This document shows positions 1-10,970 of a DNA stretch of 64,000 nucleotides, one piece after another (within the stretch, counting starts at the first letter, position 1; every line of letters begins with the position of its first letter). Under the pieces are notes generated by a model that made no database searches, was not told the DNA's origin, and saw nothing but the letters and a program-made list of their open reading frames with translations. A program made the position numbers and the translations under genes. The stretch spans positions 1,884,905 through 1,948,904 of the forward strand of contig JBLDXI010000011.1 of the NCBI GenBank assembly GCA_047495785.1, given 5' to 3'. Source of the stretch: Lepidodermella squamata. Taxonomy: Eukaryota > Animalia > Gastrotricha.

Positions 1-1590
1 TCGAAACAGCGCTTTTAAAATAAGTATCAAGTTTCACAAACTTAATACCCAGCTCTGTCAACGGTATTGCTTCAGTTACCTCGAAATCACCGTTTAGGGT
101 GCGCCAACTTTTTGACTTCGAAAACCCTTAAATCCTCTCTATCGATTCTTCCTAAGAGTTTCGTTATAGCTTGCATGGAAATTCGAACAAAACAGCATAG
201 CCGCCACTCCGAATCAATCTTCCAATCTAAACCCAGCTTAATTTTAGCCTCAGAAAACTGATATCTATGGTTATGTTGGCTCGCTATCTTCAAAGTTGAT
301 ACAATGCGTCCCTTGAGTTGCACCGGAATAAAGTAACTTTTTTCGCAATTTTTCTAATCGATCCCTCAATTTCAGCTTGAGCGTTTTTCTACTCCCACCC
401 CTACCCTAGCCCCTACAAAACCCGAATGGAAGTGGCGTGGTAGTTTCGGTAACTTATTGGTTTTGGCTTCGGAATTACCAACATATTTCAAGACTTGCAT
501 CTTCATGTGAACTGGAACCCCCTCAAATTCCCCTCGGATTCCCCTGAAATCAAGCTTCGCCCCAATTTTTCCAGCTTATCACTTATTTTGATTCCGCTAT
601 TAGACATTAGACAAAATAACCTGGAATTGTTACAGACTACTAGATACAAGACCTATGACTGAATCATGTTTTTCCAATCCACCTTAATCCCTTTTATACA
701 ATGCAACCGAGATCCATTCACAAAGCGGCGTGGGCTATGTATATGGCTAATCCGCCGTTGTTTCCTACACACAAAACACGCGATGAGATGATGAAACGAA
801 AGCAAACACGCAGCGAAACCAAACTTGAATCTACACCTTATCATGCCAAATTTTGTAGTAACCCTATCACTGGGCATACTGATTTATTGCATTAACGCGA
901 CATCAGCCTTGCAATGCTGTAATTGCTACAACTGCGCCGGATCGAATGGTTTGAAATTTTGAAAAAATCTTGAAAAATTCCAAATTTTTTTGAATTAAGA
1001 TCTCCAAGTTTGTCCTTATGGAACAGCTGCGTGTGCTGTATTGAAAACCGAGGATAGAACTGGCTATACTTCAACAATCGTCGACCGCGTCTGCGTTAAT
1101 TCATGCCCGGTAAGATCTAATCTTTTTACCTAATTTCGAATAAATTTAACCCGACCAGCAATCAATAACAACGGATGACGTTCAATGCTGCACGAAAAGT
1201 GGCTGCAACTGCCCGAACTACAAAGGCTCGGCGCCAAGTTTGAACTACTACGTCACGAGTCTAACTCTGCTGTGCTGCTGTCTGCTTTGCGTAGTAAATA
1301 TCATTTTTTAGACCTGTCTTTGTTACCGTTTAAGCGTTGCAATAAAAAAAACGCAAATTTTACTCGCCCCCGCTTGTTTCGGACACCGTATTGTTTGTTT
1401 ACCCGCCGCCGACGTACCGAAACGGCCCCGCGCGTAACTTATCACACCTTACAACCGACGATTTCAGGGTAAACAATGATTTGAACTTTCAGTATTTGCC
1501 CACCTCTAACTCACGCAGTTTTCTCACTCGCGTTTCTGTTACCTTGTAGATTTTTTTAAACCGAAATTTTACTGCGAAACTTCGATTCGA

Positions 1591-1941
1591 ATGGCGAACC
1601 TAACAATCTTCTGCGCCGTTTTGGCCGTTGCCATATTCGCGGCTTCCGTCGACGCGTTGCGATGCTGCCAGTGCGATACGTGCCAGAACAGTGTTAACGA
1701 CGTTACTTATTGCCCTTACAATCACGGATACTGCGTTACAAACACAACTACAGACGCTTCTGGCCAGCAGAAAGCAGCAATTGTTCGAGGCTGTTCGCCG
1801 ACCTGTCCAACCTCTGTCACCAAGGGCGATATTTCTTGTTGTCAGAGCGAGATGTGCAACTGCCCAAGCTCGTCGGGAGCTGAATCTTTACTAGGCAGTT
1901 TCGCCGTCATATCAATCGCTGCTTTGGCTAAGCTTTTGTAG
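1591..1941 (+). CDS. Ly6/uPAR (three-finger) GPI-anchored protein 1, 116 aa, 12 Cys in the mature domain
   Basis: Signal peptide, LRCCQCDTC...YCP...YCV...RGC...CP...CCQSEMCNCP, then small residues and a hydrophobic C-tail (GPI signal). Probable 5'UTR intron 1469-1549; AATAAA at 2121. Confidence 0.9.
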   Translation: MANLTIFCAVLAVAIFAASVDALRCCQCDTCQNSVNDVTYCPYNHGYCVTNTTTDASGQQKAAIVRGCSPTCPTSVTKGDISCCQSEMCNCPSSSGAESLLGSFAVISIAALAKLL

Positions 1942-3187
1942 AACAACTGGAAGTTTTGACGATAAAATTTATACGTTGTTATGAGTGTTTGTAAATAGGC
2001 TTCCCTATTCTCCAATCTCAAGAGTCACACCGTTGATTTTGGTTCAGCTGCTATGCTACATCTTTTGCGTGTCTACAATCATTTTCACATTTCGCTAGTT
2101 GTTGCAAAAGATTTATAGAGAATAAACATCTCGTTATACATTTTAAAGTGTTGTGACGCGTATTTTTGTTACTATACTGCAAAAAAACAACAATATTTTA
2201 ATCCTAAATATTGTGAGAAAATTGTTATGCTATTGCGAGGCTTCGCATTAAGGATCCTAACCTCAACCCAAATAGAAAAGATCCTGACATCCAATATCCC
2301 CTTAGAAGAAATGAGATTGGACATTTCAGTCACGAGCAGTATCAGCTAGTAGCTAAAGTCTCCTACTTTGATCCAAAACCAAAATCCCTGCCGTTAACTT
2401 GGAGATTCGAAGATGTATTTAGCTCGTTCCCTGTTATAAATTTCAAATGGGCAACATTTCTCAAAATTGTCAATAAAATTATTACGTAATTCTCTTCATT
2501 ATTTCCGAAACTCAGGCGATCCTGGTTTATAAGTTGGAGTCTACACCGAGACACAAGGCCTCAAGTGAAATATTAGGCTGACCTAGTTTTCTCACATTTT
2601 ATGAACGGTTAAGTTTGTGAGTGGGCGTTATATTACCAATTCTCAGCTTTCGCTACGTTATCCAGATTTCAATAGGTATTCGTTTTAGCGGAACCAAACT
2701 TAGGAATTTTCAGTGGACCTGATATCTCTTTTCGAAACATTCATAGCTGTCAGGATTGATCGGAGTAATTTTGAATTAATCATGTTTAAATTCAGCGTAA
2801 AATTCTGTGCATTGCCTTAATTTCGTAGAAATTTTTGAAAAGCGACCTTCGGCTTACCTAAAATTAGGTTCCGCAACATACAGACTTGGTTCTGCTCAAA
2901 GATATTCTGAATTTCAAATCAAAAGAGCTTTATTACGCTCAAACTGTGGCTTCACGTCGATTAAGCTGAACGTTCAAACAAGTCCGTAGCGAACCATCAA
3001 ACAGGCTTCTATACAGGAAAAGGTTCAGTGGCAATCAGTACAGCGATCCCGATTGCCTCATTTTGTCCTAATTTGATTATTTTGATCTACCTGGCTAATC
3101 TTGATAGTGAACCCGAATGCCCAAGTTCTAAGAATCTTTGGCGAACCCCAATAACATCTGCTTGGCTTGTTTTTTCCGCATAGGAGC

Positions 3188-3592
3188 ATGCTCCTTCTAG
3201 TTCTTACGTTTCTTTGGTCACCACAAGTCGTCGAAGGCCTAACGTGCTGTTTCTGCAAGAACTGTACAATCGGTAGCGAATACTCAAGCGGCAGCAGGTA
3301 CCTGCTAGAAAACTGCCCCGAAGACTCGGAATACTGCACGAGTTACATCATAGCAATTCCACGCAAATTCCCGCGCGAAAACGAACCGCAGTACGAAACC
3401 CGCGTGTGGAGCCAGTGCTCGCGGTACTGTTTAGACGGCGGCGGGCTTAATCTAGGCATTTGCTGCTCCGACAACAACTGCAATTGCCCGAAGGCGTCAA
3501 ATAGCATCCGACTAACATCCTACTCGATTGTTTGCACCTATTTGTCATTAATCTTAGCTGTTTTCAATAAAACAAACTACAATCTTGCCTAA
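3188..3592 (+). CDS. Ly6/uPAR GPI-anchored protein 2, 134 aa
   Basis: ATG at 3188 follows the acceptor ttttttccgcatag (ends 3183). LTCCFCKNC...CP...YC...QC...YC...CCSDNNCNCP; hydrophobic tail. Confidence 0.85.
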   Translation: MLLLVLTFLWSPQVVEGLTCCFCKNCTIGSEYSSGSRYLLENCPEDSEYCTSYIIAIPRKFPRENEPQYETRVWSQCSRYCLDGGGLNLGICCSDNNCNCPKASNSIRLTSYSIVCTYLSLILAVFNKTNYNLA

Positions 3593-3677
3593 TGCGCCTC
3601 TTTAATGCTATAGGTGAAAAATCCCAGCAACGTCAGCATTCGTACGTTTACATACTGTTTACGTTTTCAGTTCAAAA

Positions 3678-4061
3678 ATGCACGTTTCAAACTACGCCTT
3701 AATCTTTGTGATTGTTTCGAGTTTTCTCGATGGAATTTACGCGATTTCTTGCTGCTCCTGCGTCGACTGCAAAGGTAAATCAACCCAGGTTGCTGATGTC
3801 CAGCTGTGCCCAATCGATTTCAACGTTTGCTATTCTTACGTGAGGAACAACTCCCTGGGCGAGGTTTACATTCAGCGAGGATGTGGCAGTCAGTGCCCGT
3901 TGAAGATCGACACGACTAATGCAATGGTTTGCTGTATTGGCGATGGCTGTAACTGCCCGAATTACAACGGCGGCCTGTCACAAACAGCGCAGTTTATCAA
4001 TTACATGCTGTTATCTTTGCTAGCATTCGTAGCTTGCATCGGTTCAAGCCGTTTACTATAA
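3678..4061 (+). CDS. Ly6/uPAR GPI-anchored protein 3, 127 aa
   Basis: Signal peptide, ISCCSCVDC...QRGC...CP...CCIGDGCNCP, hydrophobic tail. TTTTCAG acceptor ends at 3670; AATAAA near 4084. Confidence 0.9.
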   Translation: MHVSNYALIFVIVSSFLDGIYAISCCSCVDCKGKSTQVADVQLCPIDFNVCYSYVRNNSLGEVYIQRGCGSQCPLKIDTTNAMVCCIGDGCNCPNYNGGLSQTAQFINYMLLSLLAFVACIGSSRLL

Positions 4062-4214
4062 TCAACGATTGGCGAATTTATAAATAAACCCCCAAGTTAT
4101 TTAACCTAGCAAAACAATTATATTGGGATTTTCAGTTGTTTTCAAGAGTCAAATTTTTGTTTCGCCACTGAAATGAAAGCTTTATGGTGTGCCTCAGGCC
4201 TCAGGTCATAAAAT

Positions 4215-4492
4215 AGCTGACCGAGTCGCTCTACGACAGCATTATATTAGCCTTCAATCAGCCAGTTTACCGGGTGTTGGTTTCCTGATTCCCGTTTTCG
4301 AAGATTTCGGAGCCGGTGTATCAAGTTGTTGTGCCTGCTGCCTACTTTGCAGCTACTGCTTATAATTGCGTCTATAGCATTTTAAGCGGATTAACAATGA
4401 AAAACTCGATGTTTTTTCCATGCGCATGTTCAAGTACGTGTGCGTGTAGATAAGTGACGCCGACGGTGGTTATAATGCTTGCTCATCAATCG
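4215..4492 (+). repeat. Dispersed non-coding repeat, copy A (copy B at about 7695-8018)
   Basis: Shared blocks tcaatcagccagtttaccgggt, tttaagcggatta, tgacgccgacggtggttataatgct in the same order. Confidence 0.75.
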
Positions 4493-4852
4493 AGTACTGG
4501 CTCCTAATTTAAGTATAAGTACTTACTGTAGTTTCCGGGGTTGTTTTTCTGATTTGCCGACAATTTAGTGACAAGTCATTGATGACCATAGACGAACCTC
4601 ATTGTCTGTCTGTGATTATACGTTTATTTCTTATCACGATGCTTGTCCCTAGCGAATTAGCCTACTGATTTAGCTGATGTGGCTACTTCGCCCAGGATCG
4701 ACGTGGTCTGAAGTAGACTGTAAGAATGAAAGGAAAATAGTACTTGAAAATTAGCCGGAAAAGTTTTTCTGTAGATGAAATGATTGTTTCATAATATCAG
4801 ATAATTTTGTTCATCGTAGAGAACAGCAATGTTAACTAATCCACTGCACACA

Positions 4853-5894
4853 TCAATCAGCCCCACAATACTCAAAACCCGTAACGCCATAAGCGCTGCC
4901 CCTGGAGCCATAATACTGGAAATAATTCGGCCCGAGAAGACCGCAGCACTCAGCGTAACTGTCAGAGCTGTAAGTATTTGGCGGCCTGGAGGGCTTAAAG
5001 CGAAAAGAGAAGATAGCAATGAGCAAACATATCAGTCAAAATATTACTAGGGTGGAGGTGACGGCAACATAAGAGTCGTAGATTGCGGTATAAGGGAAGC
5101 GAAAACAAAACGCTGAATCCCTTCCATCAGATGTAGATGCTGCTACTTTGTATGCATTGTCAGGGTCGACTTTGCCAATACAAGCCAATACAGGTGGAGT
5201 GCCAGGAACTATCTCGTATTTCAGGGAAAATCTACTATTCGCAGCGTTACAACAATCAGCAAAAGAGCTGAAAGTATTTGGATTAGCAGAAGATGCCTGT
5301 AATTCATCCAGCTGTTAAATCACATCCAAGTACATAAGTTAATTATTACGGTTGTTCCTGTTTTCAGAACCGAGTCGCATGCGCCAGCATTAGCGGTGCA
5401 GAATGGGATATTAGGTTTTGAGATCGACCAATCACCCTGCGTCCTCGTTATTACACACAACTTGTAGGTGGGCTATGAAAATTCAAAAACTTTGCAGGTT
5501 TTCGGAATGAAATTGACTATAAACTCTCGCTTACAGGGCTCGCGCAAGTTTGTCCTTCCGGGCACTGAATTGCTGACTTTGCAATGCAATTCTTAGAAGT
5601 CGGGTCGCAAACACTAGTTGATAGCGCGCAGGTTTGGTCGCTCGGACACGAAAGTATAGATGATGAACCAGTTTTTGCGACGCAACTGTTCGTTGTTGTA
5701 TCGCAAACGTTAGTTGAAGCAACACAGGAAGATCCAGGGCTACACTGATCGGTTGTCTTATAACAGGCGTAGCCATTTGGGCAAGCTGCAGGGGAATCTG
5801 CTGCCGACTTGAGGGATGAAGTTATAGATGATGCAGGGCAAGCTGTGACAACGGCGCAAACAGCGGCCAGGAGGGCGAACAGTAGCATTTCCAT
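4853..5894 (-). CDS. Secreted Cys/Ser/Thr-rich protein family, member A, 290 aa; exons 5894-5535, 5472-5350, 5296-5048, 4993-4853
   Basis: Manual splice keeps the frame open (three phase-0 GT-AG introns). Signal peptide, CPxGQxC repeats, and the motifs FSSFADCC, KYEIVPGTPP, FCFRFP, YGVT..C shared with three paralogues. Confidence 0.8.
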
Positions 5895-7068
5895 GTTTTG
5901 AAATAATTATGTAGAAATGATGTCGAAAACAGCCACCGCCTCATCTCTTAAATTTTTTTCCTTCCGTGAAGGGCAGACAAGGGCGCCCTCAGGCTCGTGT
6001 TCAGCCACACGCCATTTATCAGTGTTGCGACAAAATTGTCAACACTGGGTTTCCGCAATTCTCGTGGCTATAGCTAAACTTCGCTATAACCAGGAAAGCG
6101 GAAAGCAACAAAGTTTCGACTATTGTAGAAGAGGTTAGAAGATCTTATTCCAATGAATGCTCGCTCTATACGCTCATAAAATACACGCGTTGTGGCATCT
6201 CTTCAAAGGAAATAAACTGATCAACTAGTGCCAAACAACACGTATGAGAGTTACTTAAGGCTACTACTACTACTGCTACTGGGATTGATATACTGGAGGA
6301 AACTGTTAAAATGTTAACGCCTTTCACCTGATACCGACGTCCCTGGCGCGGAACCAATCAGTCAGCTGGCTTTTTACCACCAGTCATAGGCTGGCGTTGC
6401 GGTGCTGCTGACGCTACGTTCAAGTTTTATCATAGTAGCTTCGCAGAGGATGAAGTTGCAGAACCTCAGCAGAAGATCCTTTTCCGTCGACCTCGTGCGA
6501 AGACAGATTATGGCCTTACTGTGTAAACACTCCCAACCCTGCTCTTACATTGAGATTGAGATTTTTCAAGTTTTCGAAAAATAAGGGACTAGAATAATTG
6601 CTACTTCCTTGATGGAAAATTCCTTTTTGAGTATTAGATCTATTTCCGACCTTGAGACTCGCAAGATCCCGCTTTAAACGTTGGCACAAAGCATCGAGTG
6701 AAACATCGGGATTTGCAATTGTTGCCGATTTTCAAGTATTCGACGATTCATTGTGTTTGAGCTAAATAGTAGAAATTCTGGGCGCGCCCTGATTGGTCAA
6801 TCGATCGTTGCTATGACTCCCGGATGAAACATGCTGGTCGTGCGATCCATGAAATTTTTAGCAACAAGAGGCTTCATTTTGATGATATTATCATCCTCGC
6901 CAATCTTATACAAGTGAAGTTGGATCCCTACGTTCGGAGAATCTTTGCCATACCCCAGCCAGTTTTTCCATGCCAAATCAAATGAAATCATCTTGGCTAA
7001 TGTTTTTTTTTGCATAAGAGTGTGATTCATTATTTTTTTTGCTCTCCTTCACATCATATCAAGCCATA

Positions 7069-7305
7069 CCCAGTCGAAAAAAAGTAGACCATGGCTCGGT
7101 CTAAATTTGACACTGGGGTAGATCGTAAGGGTTCGACCCTACGTAGATCGAATGGTAAAATTAGGACCTACACAGGATCGATGCCCGTAGATCCAGTTTA
7201 ATAGATCGACAATAGGTCGGAAAAACAACAATTTTGGACGGATATTTTGCCTTTTGGATCTACGTACGATCTACTGAGCTCTCGGTCTACTGATTTTCGT
7301 CTGGG
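7069..7305. mobile_element. MITE with CCCAG...CTGGG termini (CMC/EnSpm-like)
   Basis: About 22 bp imperfect TIR CCCAGwCGAAAAnnAGTAGACC, TA on both flanks, internal GTAGATC/GATCTAC repeats. Confidence 0.7.
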
Positions 7306-7694
7306 TACCAGTCAATTCATAAGCAAAGAATTCGGAGTAACAGGATCCTCTCTTCATGACTGGCAGCATAATTCATGAGAGTAAAAAACAAGAAATTTCT
7401 GAAATGATGAAAATCCGGCGTTGATTAGCGAGGATGACTTGCCAGCAAATAAGATCTAAGATAATTTGAATTCTTCCAAAAATACACCCAACTTAATTTC
7501 CGCGATGCGGGAGCCATGATTTACGGATGTTCAAGTTTCGAATGAAAGGTGGAAGGAGTCGTTCGAGAACTATATTTGGAAGACGATCGCTCTACTTTAA
7601 TTACGATAAAGAGTCCAATTTTTGGTTTCACACTTGATTGATGTGACTGTTAACTGTTACTGGGCCATGATATCTGGCATGGCTGATGAAAATT

Positions 7695-8018
7695 GACGAG
7701 TTGCTGTATACGCAAGCATTAAAACCGCTATCAATCAGCCAGTTTACCGGGTCCTGGTTTTCCGATTTCGTTGATTTCGGAGCCGATTTATCACGTTATT
7801 GTGCTATAAGTTTGTTGATCTGCTGTCTACTTAGCAGCCACTGCTAATAATTGCGAAAATTGCCACAACAAAAGCATGGCTAAATACTCGTCTTATAGCA
7901 ATTTAAGCGGATTATCAATGAAAAAACTCGATGTTTTTTCCACATATACGCATGTTCAACAATATGTGTATGTTGATAAATGACGCCGACGGTGGTTATA
8001 ATGCTCACTCATCAATCG
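7695..8018 (+). repeat. Dispersed non-coding repeat, copy B
   Basis: Colinear similarity to 4215-4492. Confidence 0.75.
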
Positions 8019-8238
8019 TGGTAATGTTCAATGAGCTATGGCAAATATATGCCAGCTTAAAGAGCGCGTGGCCATCACGTTGGCCAAGTGCAATTTGTCT
8101 CACGTCGAACGCGACTCCAATTAATGCGCCGCTACTCTCACGACAGCACATCTCAAGTGTTTTCCACACTTTGCTTATAATTCGCGATTATTCTATTAGG
8201 CTGTAATCATTTAACACCGACAAATTCTCAGCTGAAAG

Positions 8239-8640
8239 ATGAAAGCTACCTTAATTTGCGCAGGGATAGTTATTCTGGGCCTTCTCGGACAATCCGATGC
8301 CCTGTCTTGCTGCACGGGGACGTCATCGAATGTTCGCGATGTCAACACGTGCGGAGCTGGTCAAAATTACTGCTCGGTAATTCGAACTGTTAACGGCGGC
8401 TCAGGATCCGTTTCATACTATCGCGGTTGTGAGTCGACATGCCCACAGCCTGCGACTTACAGCGAACAAATCACTTGCTGGTAGGTTCTTTCGATTTAAT
8501 ATCGCGAATTTAGCTAATTTTCCCTTTTAATACCCAGCCAAACATCTGCCTGCAACTGCCCGATTAGCTCAGGATATGTTGTAAAATCTGCAACTGGACT
8601 CATTTTAGCCGCGATCTTCTCCAAGTTGCTCCTTTTATAG
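8239..8640 (+). CDS. Ly6/uPAR GPI-anchored protein 4, 114 aa; exons 8239-8480, 8538-8640
   Basis: A 57 bp GT-AG intron splits the CC; splicing restores CCQTSACNCP and a hydrophobic tail. 10 Cys; acceptor ttctcag ends 8231; AATAAA near 8685. Confidence 0.88.
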
Positions 8641-8860
8641 TGGAAAAAATGAAATGTTGACATGAGCTGATTAGATTTTTGTTAAATAAACAATTTCTTG
8701 AATTTAATCTGCACTTGAATGTTATATAATATGGCAGGTGCCGCCTTAACAACGCTTTTTAAGGTGTTTGCACCGGGGTGTGAGACGGAAAGCCGCTAAT
8801 CTGCGCGCGCGATGCCTCACGCCTTCCTCATACTCATTAAATTTTCATTATTCAAAAAAA

Positions 8861-9259
8861 ATGCTAGCCGCTTTTATTTTCCTGGTCTGCGTTTTACTGC
8901 CGAAGCCTTCAATTCAGGGAGATGATGGCTTGACTTGTTGCATTTCAACAGAAACAGACCAATCAAAGGCCCCGCCGCGAGATTTGGACTACTGCCCGCG
9001 AGATGCCAACTTCTGCGTCGCTACGAAAACTACAAGTCCCGGCAATTTGAACACCGAACCGGTGAAGAGTTATGTTCGACAACGCTACTGCGCTGCGACG
9101 TGCCCGCAACCGATTGAGAATTCGTTCCTGCTCGAGGCTTGCTGCCCCAAAAGCGGATGCAACTGTCCAGCGGCGACTGCAGGTTCTGCAAATGTCAAAC
9201 TCCACTCGAGATTGGCAATTCTCGTCATCTCATTAGCTATCGGAATTTTAAGGAACTAA
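8861..9259 (+). CDS. Ly6/uPAR GPI-anchored protein 5, 132 aa
   Basis: ATG at 8861 begins the signal peptide. LTCC...YCP...FCV...RYC...CP...CCPKSGCNCP; hydrophobic tail; 10 Cys. Confidence 0.85.
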   Translation: MLAAFIFLVCVLLPKPSIQGDDGLTCCISTETDQSKAPPRDLDYCPRDANFCVATKTTSPGNLNTEPVKSYVRQRYCAATCPQPIENSFLLEACCPKSGCNCPAATAGSANVKLHSRLAILVISLAIGILRN

Positions 9260-9980
9260 TGATAAAATTATAGAAAAGCTCTATCATGATTCATCCTATG
9301 CTTCCATCAAATGATTTCAAGTATATCCTCATTTCGAACTTGAATAAAACATTTCCAATGAGTAAATATCGAGAAATGCCATTTTAGATGCCTATACAGT
9401 CCTCAAAACGACGTTTTAAAAAAAAATTAAATTAAGATTTTCAATATGAAAATCTGATTTTTTTCACTTACGCCCACTGAGCCATGGTGCTTAAAGTGTG
9501 TACTGTCAACAAATTTGCAGATTACATCAATCATCATTCATCCTGCGTTGTACATTTATTGTTGTGGCTAGAATCTCCATAGCCTCATATATGCCTCGTA
9601 AGCAAAAATGACAGTTGACTGCGTTATTCATGCGAAAACCGCAAAAAATAGCTGCCATAACACGAATTAGTTATATAACGTATAGTATTTTTGCGCTCTC
9701 CAATGTTAAACGAGCGCAAACGTGATAACGTGTCTTTATGCTCGCAGCTTTGCCATGTTTGTAAAGCAAAAAAAATGAATTGACACTAGACACTAGATGT
9801 GGTAGATGGAGCTTCCGGAAATTAAACAAAAAACAATAAGAAGGGAAACATTGCTTCCTGCTCCGGTTCTAAAAAAATCGAAGAAAACGCGAAAAAACGT
9901 AACGAATACTGAACCGAGTTCTTTCTTTTACTTGTTTTGCAGGAATAATTACATTCGTAAAATGGAGCTAGATTTGAAAG

Positions 9981-10970
9981 CTAAGTTTTCTTCTCCTCTT
10001 CTCTCGCTTTTTCATAGTCTTTCAAAATGTAAACGATCCTTTGCTCCCAAGGCCAGCCGCAGTAACCTGAGAAAAAAACGGGGCGAAATTACGAAAAATC
10101 ACGAAAAATCAACAAAATGAGCTAACCTTTTTCTCCGCAATAGTACGAAGGAGTGAGGACGATTTGAGGTGGCATAACTTTAATGAGGTAGTGATTCAAA
10201 TTGCTTTCGTCATGCCACACCGGTATAATATCCTTCGCCATATCGTGCTTGGTACACTCCGACATTTGCTGCCACATGCTCATAACATTCTGAAATTTCC
10301 CGCCATAAACCGCCCCGCTGTAATAGATCGTACCCTCATTGCTTGGTACGTAAGTGCAAGAGTTGTTATTCGTTTCGAGCGGCAATTTCTCCCGTTGGTC
10401 GTTAACGTGGTACCAATGCCAGACCGCAACTAGGTCACCGAAAATTTCGGCACCAACGTAGCCGTTGAAGTAGATATCAGCGTCTATATTGAAGATGTAG
10501 TCGAGATTCGAACTTTCCAACAAGTCCGTTGCATTGAGGTACATTTCCGGTCTTTGCATCGAATCGCCAGGCCATCCTAGGCGTTCCTGGTAGATCAGCT
10601 TAACGTCATCTCCTTTCGGCCCGTCTTTCAGCCGGTTCGTGAAAATGAAGTAGGTGACTTTGTAACTTTCGGGATCTGGGACATTCGTGAGTAGGAATTT
10701 CCGCCCGGATCTTACGAGTTTATGCGTGAAAGTCACGTAATTTCCAAGCCCGACTACGACAATGCCAAGGTGGACGATTTTTGCGCCGGCTGTTGAGACA
10801 TGGCCCGTTTTTGCCTGGGCGACTCGTTTGTTCTTCGTTAGCTCAAGAAGCTGCTCGAGGTATAATCGCTGTTGCGATAAGCTGAACAAAATGTTGTAGA
10901 CAAGATAGGCGAAACACGAAAAAAGCAGCAGGCCAAGGATGATGAGAAAGGCGCGATTATTAAGCAACAT
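9981..10970 (-). CDS. GT6 family (ABO/alpha-1,3-Gal(NAc)-transferase-like) glycosyltransferase, 309 aa; exons 10970-10127, 10066-9981
   Basis: Type II TM anchor; motifs YFIFT, WPGDSMQR, NIDAD (DxD), YYSGAVYGG, WHDESNLNHY, VLTPSY. A 60 bp intron adds ...RIVYILKDYEKAR, which aligns with the ABO C-terminal K-x5-R. Confidence 0.92.

Noticed and set aside
6590-7030. Degraded minus-strand coding-like stretch
   Set aside because: Interrupted by stops, with no motif I can assign; probably a transposon relic.
9806-10120. Lys-rich 104 aa ORF
   Set aside because: Antisense to the GT6 last exon, intron and UTR; low complexity.
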